A program made the translations under genes and the position numbers. A stretch of 9,039 nt of DNA, from contig CAZMGA010000011.1 of assembly GCA_964565725.1 (NCBI GenBank), positions 12,842 through 21,880 of the forward strand. Reading direction: 5' to 3'. How positions within the stretch are numbered: position 1 is the first letter of the stretch; every line of letters begins with the position of its first letter. This DNA comes from an uncultured archaeon. Its GTDB lineage: Archaea; Iainarchaeota; Iainarchaeia; Iainarchaeales; 0-14-0-20-30-16. This document shows positions 7,278-9,039 of this stretch, one piece after another. The notes beneath the pieces are model-generated. The model was given only the letters and a program-made list of their open reading frames with translations. It was not told the DNA's origin and did not search any database.

Positions 7278-8579
7278 ATGCCCAATATAAAAGATGACAT
7301 TAAGAAAATAATTTTAAAATATTCTGATTTGATTCCAAAGGAAGTTTTTAAAAGAGAATTAATATTGTCAGAATTAAAATTTGATAAGGCAAACGTAATA
7401 ATTGGGCCAAGAAGATCTGGTAAAACCTATTATTTATATTATATTATAAATGATATTAAATCAAATGAAAAGTTTATATATATTAATTTTGAAGATAATT
7501 TATTACCAAAACTTGAAAGACAAGATCTAAATTTGATATTAGAATGTTCAAAAGAATTATATGGCAATAATTTGATATTTTTCTTTGATGAAATTCAGAA
7601 TATCGATAATTGGGAAAATTTTATAATTTCATTATTAAATGAACATTATAAGGTATATGTTACAGGCTCAAATTCAAAATTGTTAAGTAAAGATATTGCA
7701 ACAGCTTTAAGAGGAAAATCATTATCTTATTTACTTTTGCCTTTTTCTTTTTCTGAAATAATATCTTATAAATTAGGAAAATTAGAAAAAGGTTGGGAAA
7801 ATAGCAAAACAGCATATGATATTAAGAAAGTATATAATGATTATTTTTTGTATGGTGGATTTCCAGAAGTATTTTTGTCTGAGAATTTAGATTTAAAAAA
7901 CAAATTAATAAATAATTATTTTGAATCGGTTTTGTATAAAGATTTGATTGATAGATTGAAGATAAAAAACATTAAATTAGTTGAAATAATTATGAAATAT
8001 TTATTAAATTTATTTGGCAATAATTTTAGTATATCTGTTTTTGAGAATTATTTAAAGTCAAATAAGATAGCTTATAGTTTAGAAGATTTATATGCCATAT
8101 TATATAGTTTACAAGATGTATTTTTAGTTTATTATTTAAAAGAATATTCTAAATCTTATAAAAAAACAGAGGTATCAAAATCAAAAATATATTTATTTGA
8201 TTTGGGGTATATTAGATTTATTTCTAGAGAATCAGAAGATAATGGCAGAATATTGGAAAATTTAGTATTTATTGAATTGTATAGGCGTTTAGATTGTATT
8301 AATGTTCCAAAAGTATTTTATTTTAAATCTAAGAAAGATCAAGAATGTGACTTTGTTTTAGAAGATAAAGGCAAGATTGTTCAGGCAATTCAAGTGACCT
8401 ATAGTTTAGAAACTAAAAATAAAGATAGAGAAATAGATGGTTTATTGTCTGCAATGGAGTTTTTTAGTTTAAAAGAAGGTATAATCTTAACAAATGATCA
8501 AGAAGAAACTTTTGAGATAAATAACAAGACAATACATGTTTTACCTGTTTGGAAATGGTTATTACAAACTAAGAAGTAA
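7278..8579 (+). CDS. AAA+ ATPase of the AAA_14/DUF4143 (COG1373-like) family with a C-terminal PD-(D/E)xK-like module
   Basis: Walker A GPRRSGKT, Walker B IFFFDEIQ and a DUF4143-like middle region. The C-terminal ENLVFIELYR...QECDFVLEDKGKIVQAIQVTYS resembles the restriction-endonuclease-like E-x-D...(I/V)Q/EVK tail typical of this family. Confidence 0.87.
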   Translation: MPNIKDDIKKIILKYSDLIPKEVFKRELILSELKFDKANVIIGPRRSGKTYYLYYIINDIKSNEKFIYINFEDNLLPKLERQDLNLILECSKELYGNNLIFFFDEIQNIDNWENFIISLLNEHYKVYVTGSNSKLLSKDIATALRGKSLSYLLLPFSFSEIISYKLGKLEKGWENSKTAYDIKKVYNDYFLYGGFPEVFLSENLDLKNKLINNYFESVLYKDLIDRLKIKNIKLVEIIMKYLLNLFGNNFSISVFENYLKSNKIAYSLEDLYAILYSLQDVFLVYYLKEYSKSYKKTEVSKSKIYLFDLGYIRFISRESEDNGRILENLVFIELYRRLDCINVPKVFYFKSKKDQECDFVLEDKGKIVQAIQVTYSLETKNKDREIDGLLSAMEFFSLKEGIILTNDQEETFEINNKTIHVLPVWKWLLQTKK

Positions 8580-8584
8580 TTTCT

Positions 8585-8600
8585 GGGCTTTTTCCTTTTT
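8585..8600 (+). terminator. oligo-T tracts after the ATPase gene (archaeal-style terminator candidate)
   Basis: gggcTTTTTccTTTTT begins 6 nt after the stop. It is similar to caggcTTTTT at 4581-4590. Confidence 0.4.
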
Positions 8601-8614
8601 CTTCACAACTTCTT

Positions 8615-8675
8615 GCATTTCGTTCAATAATTGAACAAAATGTCCTACATTTCGTCTAATCTTTAGACAAAATGT
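8615..8675. other. two tandem 12-bp-stem hairpins (type II) able to refold into a central alternative hairpin
   Basis: Segments are 1 = 8616-8627, 2 = 8631-8642, 3 = 8647-8658 and 4 = 8664-8675. Pairings 1:2 and 3:4 each give 11 Watson-Crick pairs plus one C/A mismatch at the same position (8621/8637 and 8653/8669). Segments 2:3 can pair instead (aaatgt-cct-acattt plus 2 more pairs). Confidence 0.65.
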
Positions 8676-8764
8676 ACTGCAACCCTTTCTGGATAGTTAG
8701 TGCATCAATATTAATAATTGCAGTGAGTATTGGATTTTGTGTGTTGTTAAGGAAAAGAGATTAA
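8672..8764 (+). CDS. module copy C: intact 30-aa ORF MYCNPFWIVSASILIIAVSIGFCVLLRKRD (small single-TM peptide)
   Basis: ATG at 8672-8674, TAA at 8762-8764 (hand indexed). Divergence from copy B is biased to third codon positions, which argues that this frame is or was translated. There is no SD. The ATG lies inside hairpin segment 4. Confidence 0.45.
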   Translation: MYCNPFWIVSASILIIAVSIGFCVLLRKRD

Positions 8765-8806
8765 TCCTATTTAAACTTTTTCGTTCTACATATTATTAGT
8801 GAGTTT

Positions 8807-9039
8807 ATGGAAGATAAATTTAATTTTGATTTAAAGCCAATAGTAAAGGAATACGAAAAGTTTTTCGGTTTTAAATTAAATAAGCAACCTAAGTCTATAT
8901 TTTGTTATAATAGAAAAGAATATGATAAACTATTTGGTTGCAAAACACAATCTTGGAGTGCACAATTTGCTACTAAAGATATGATTGTAAGTATTCATCC
9001 TACTTTATGGGAAAAATATACAAATCATGCAAATCCTTC
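8807..9039 (+). CDS. hypothetical protein, N-terminal 77 codons (3' end outside window)
   Basis: From the ATG at 8807 the frame stays open to the window end: MEDKFNFDLKPIVKEYEKFFGFKLNKQPKSIFCYNRKEYDKLFGCKTQSWSAQFATKDMIVSIHPTLWEKYTNHANP. TATA-like CTATTTAAAC at 8767-8776 lies about 30 nt upstream. No family recognised. Confidence 0.55.
   Translation, partial: MEDKFNFDLKPIVKEYEKFFGFKLNKQPKSIFCYNRKEYDKLFGCKTQSWSAQFATKDMIVSIHPTLWEKYTNHANP

Noticed and set aside
4384-8764. CRISPR array
   Set aside because: There are only three repeats, about 78% identical rather than near-identical. They are separated by 2.5 and 1.6 kb of gene-containing sequence, and the repeats carry a coding signature.

Overview
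Very AT-rich segment. Gene content marks it as archaeal: it carries GatE, the archaeal Glu-tRNA(Gln) amidotransferase subunit E. All product calls rest on motifs I recognise by eye; no database search was possible.

Left part (1-4365), ordinary-looking genes:
- 3' end of an ADP-forming acyl-CoA synthetase-like gene
- a hypothetical gene
- a radical-SAM gene remnant abutting gatE
- gatE
- a small membrane protein
- a HAD hydrolase

Right part (4384-9039), accessory-looking and the interesting region:
- Three same-orientation, diverged copies of an ~85-nt module (A 4384-4497, B 6976-7059, C 8672-8764) sit at the boundaries of gene cassettes.
- Each module encodes 'short motif, TM helix, RK cluster, stop'.
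- The copies differ mostly at third codon positions, which points to protein-level selection, yet only copy C has a start codon.
- Cassette 1 is an ABC-F-type twin-NBD ATPase plus a DUF3800 protein. It is bracketed by two related GC-containing hairpins (4540-4580, 6846-6913).
- Cassette 2 is an AAA+ ATPase with a DUF4143/nuclease-like tail. It is bracketed by a second hairpin family (7116-7142 and 8615-8675) and preceded by CTTACG palindromes.
- The start codon of the one intact small ORF (C) lies inside a pair of tandem hairpins that can refold.

No integrase, transposase, CRISPR array, tRNA or rRNA is visible. My best reading is a hairpin-bounded cassette array or candidate defence islet, interleaved with a small membrane-peptide gene family. 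This is inference and needs comparative and transcriptomic checks.
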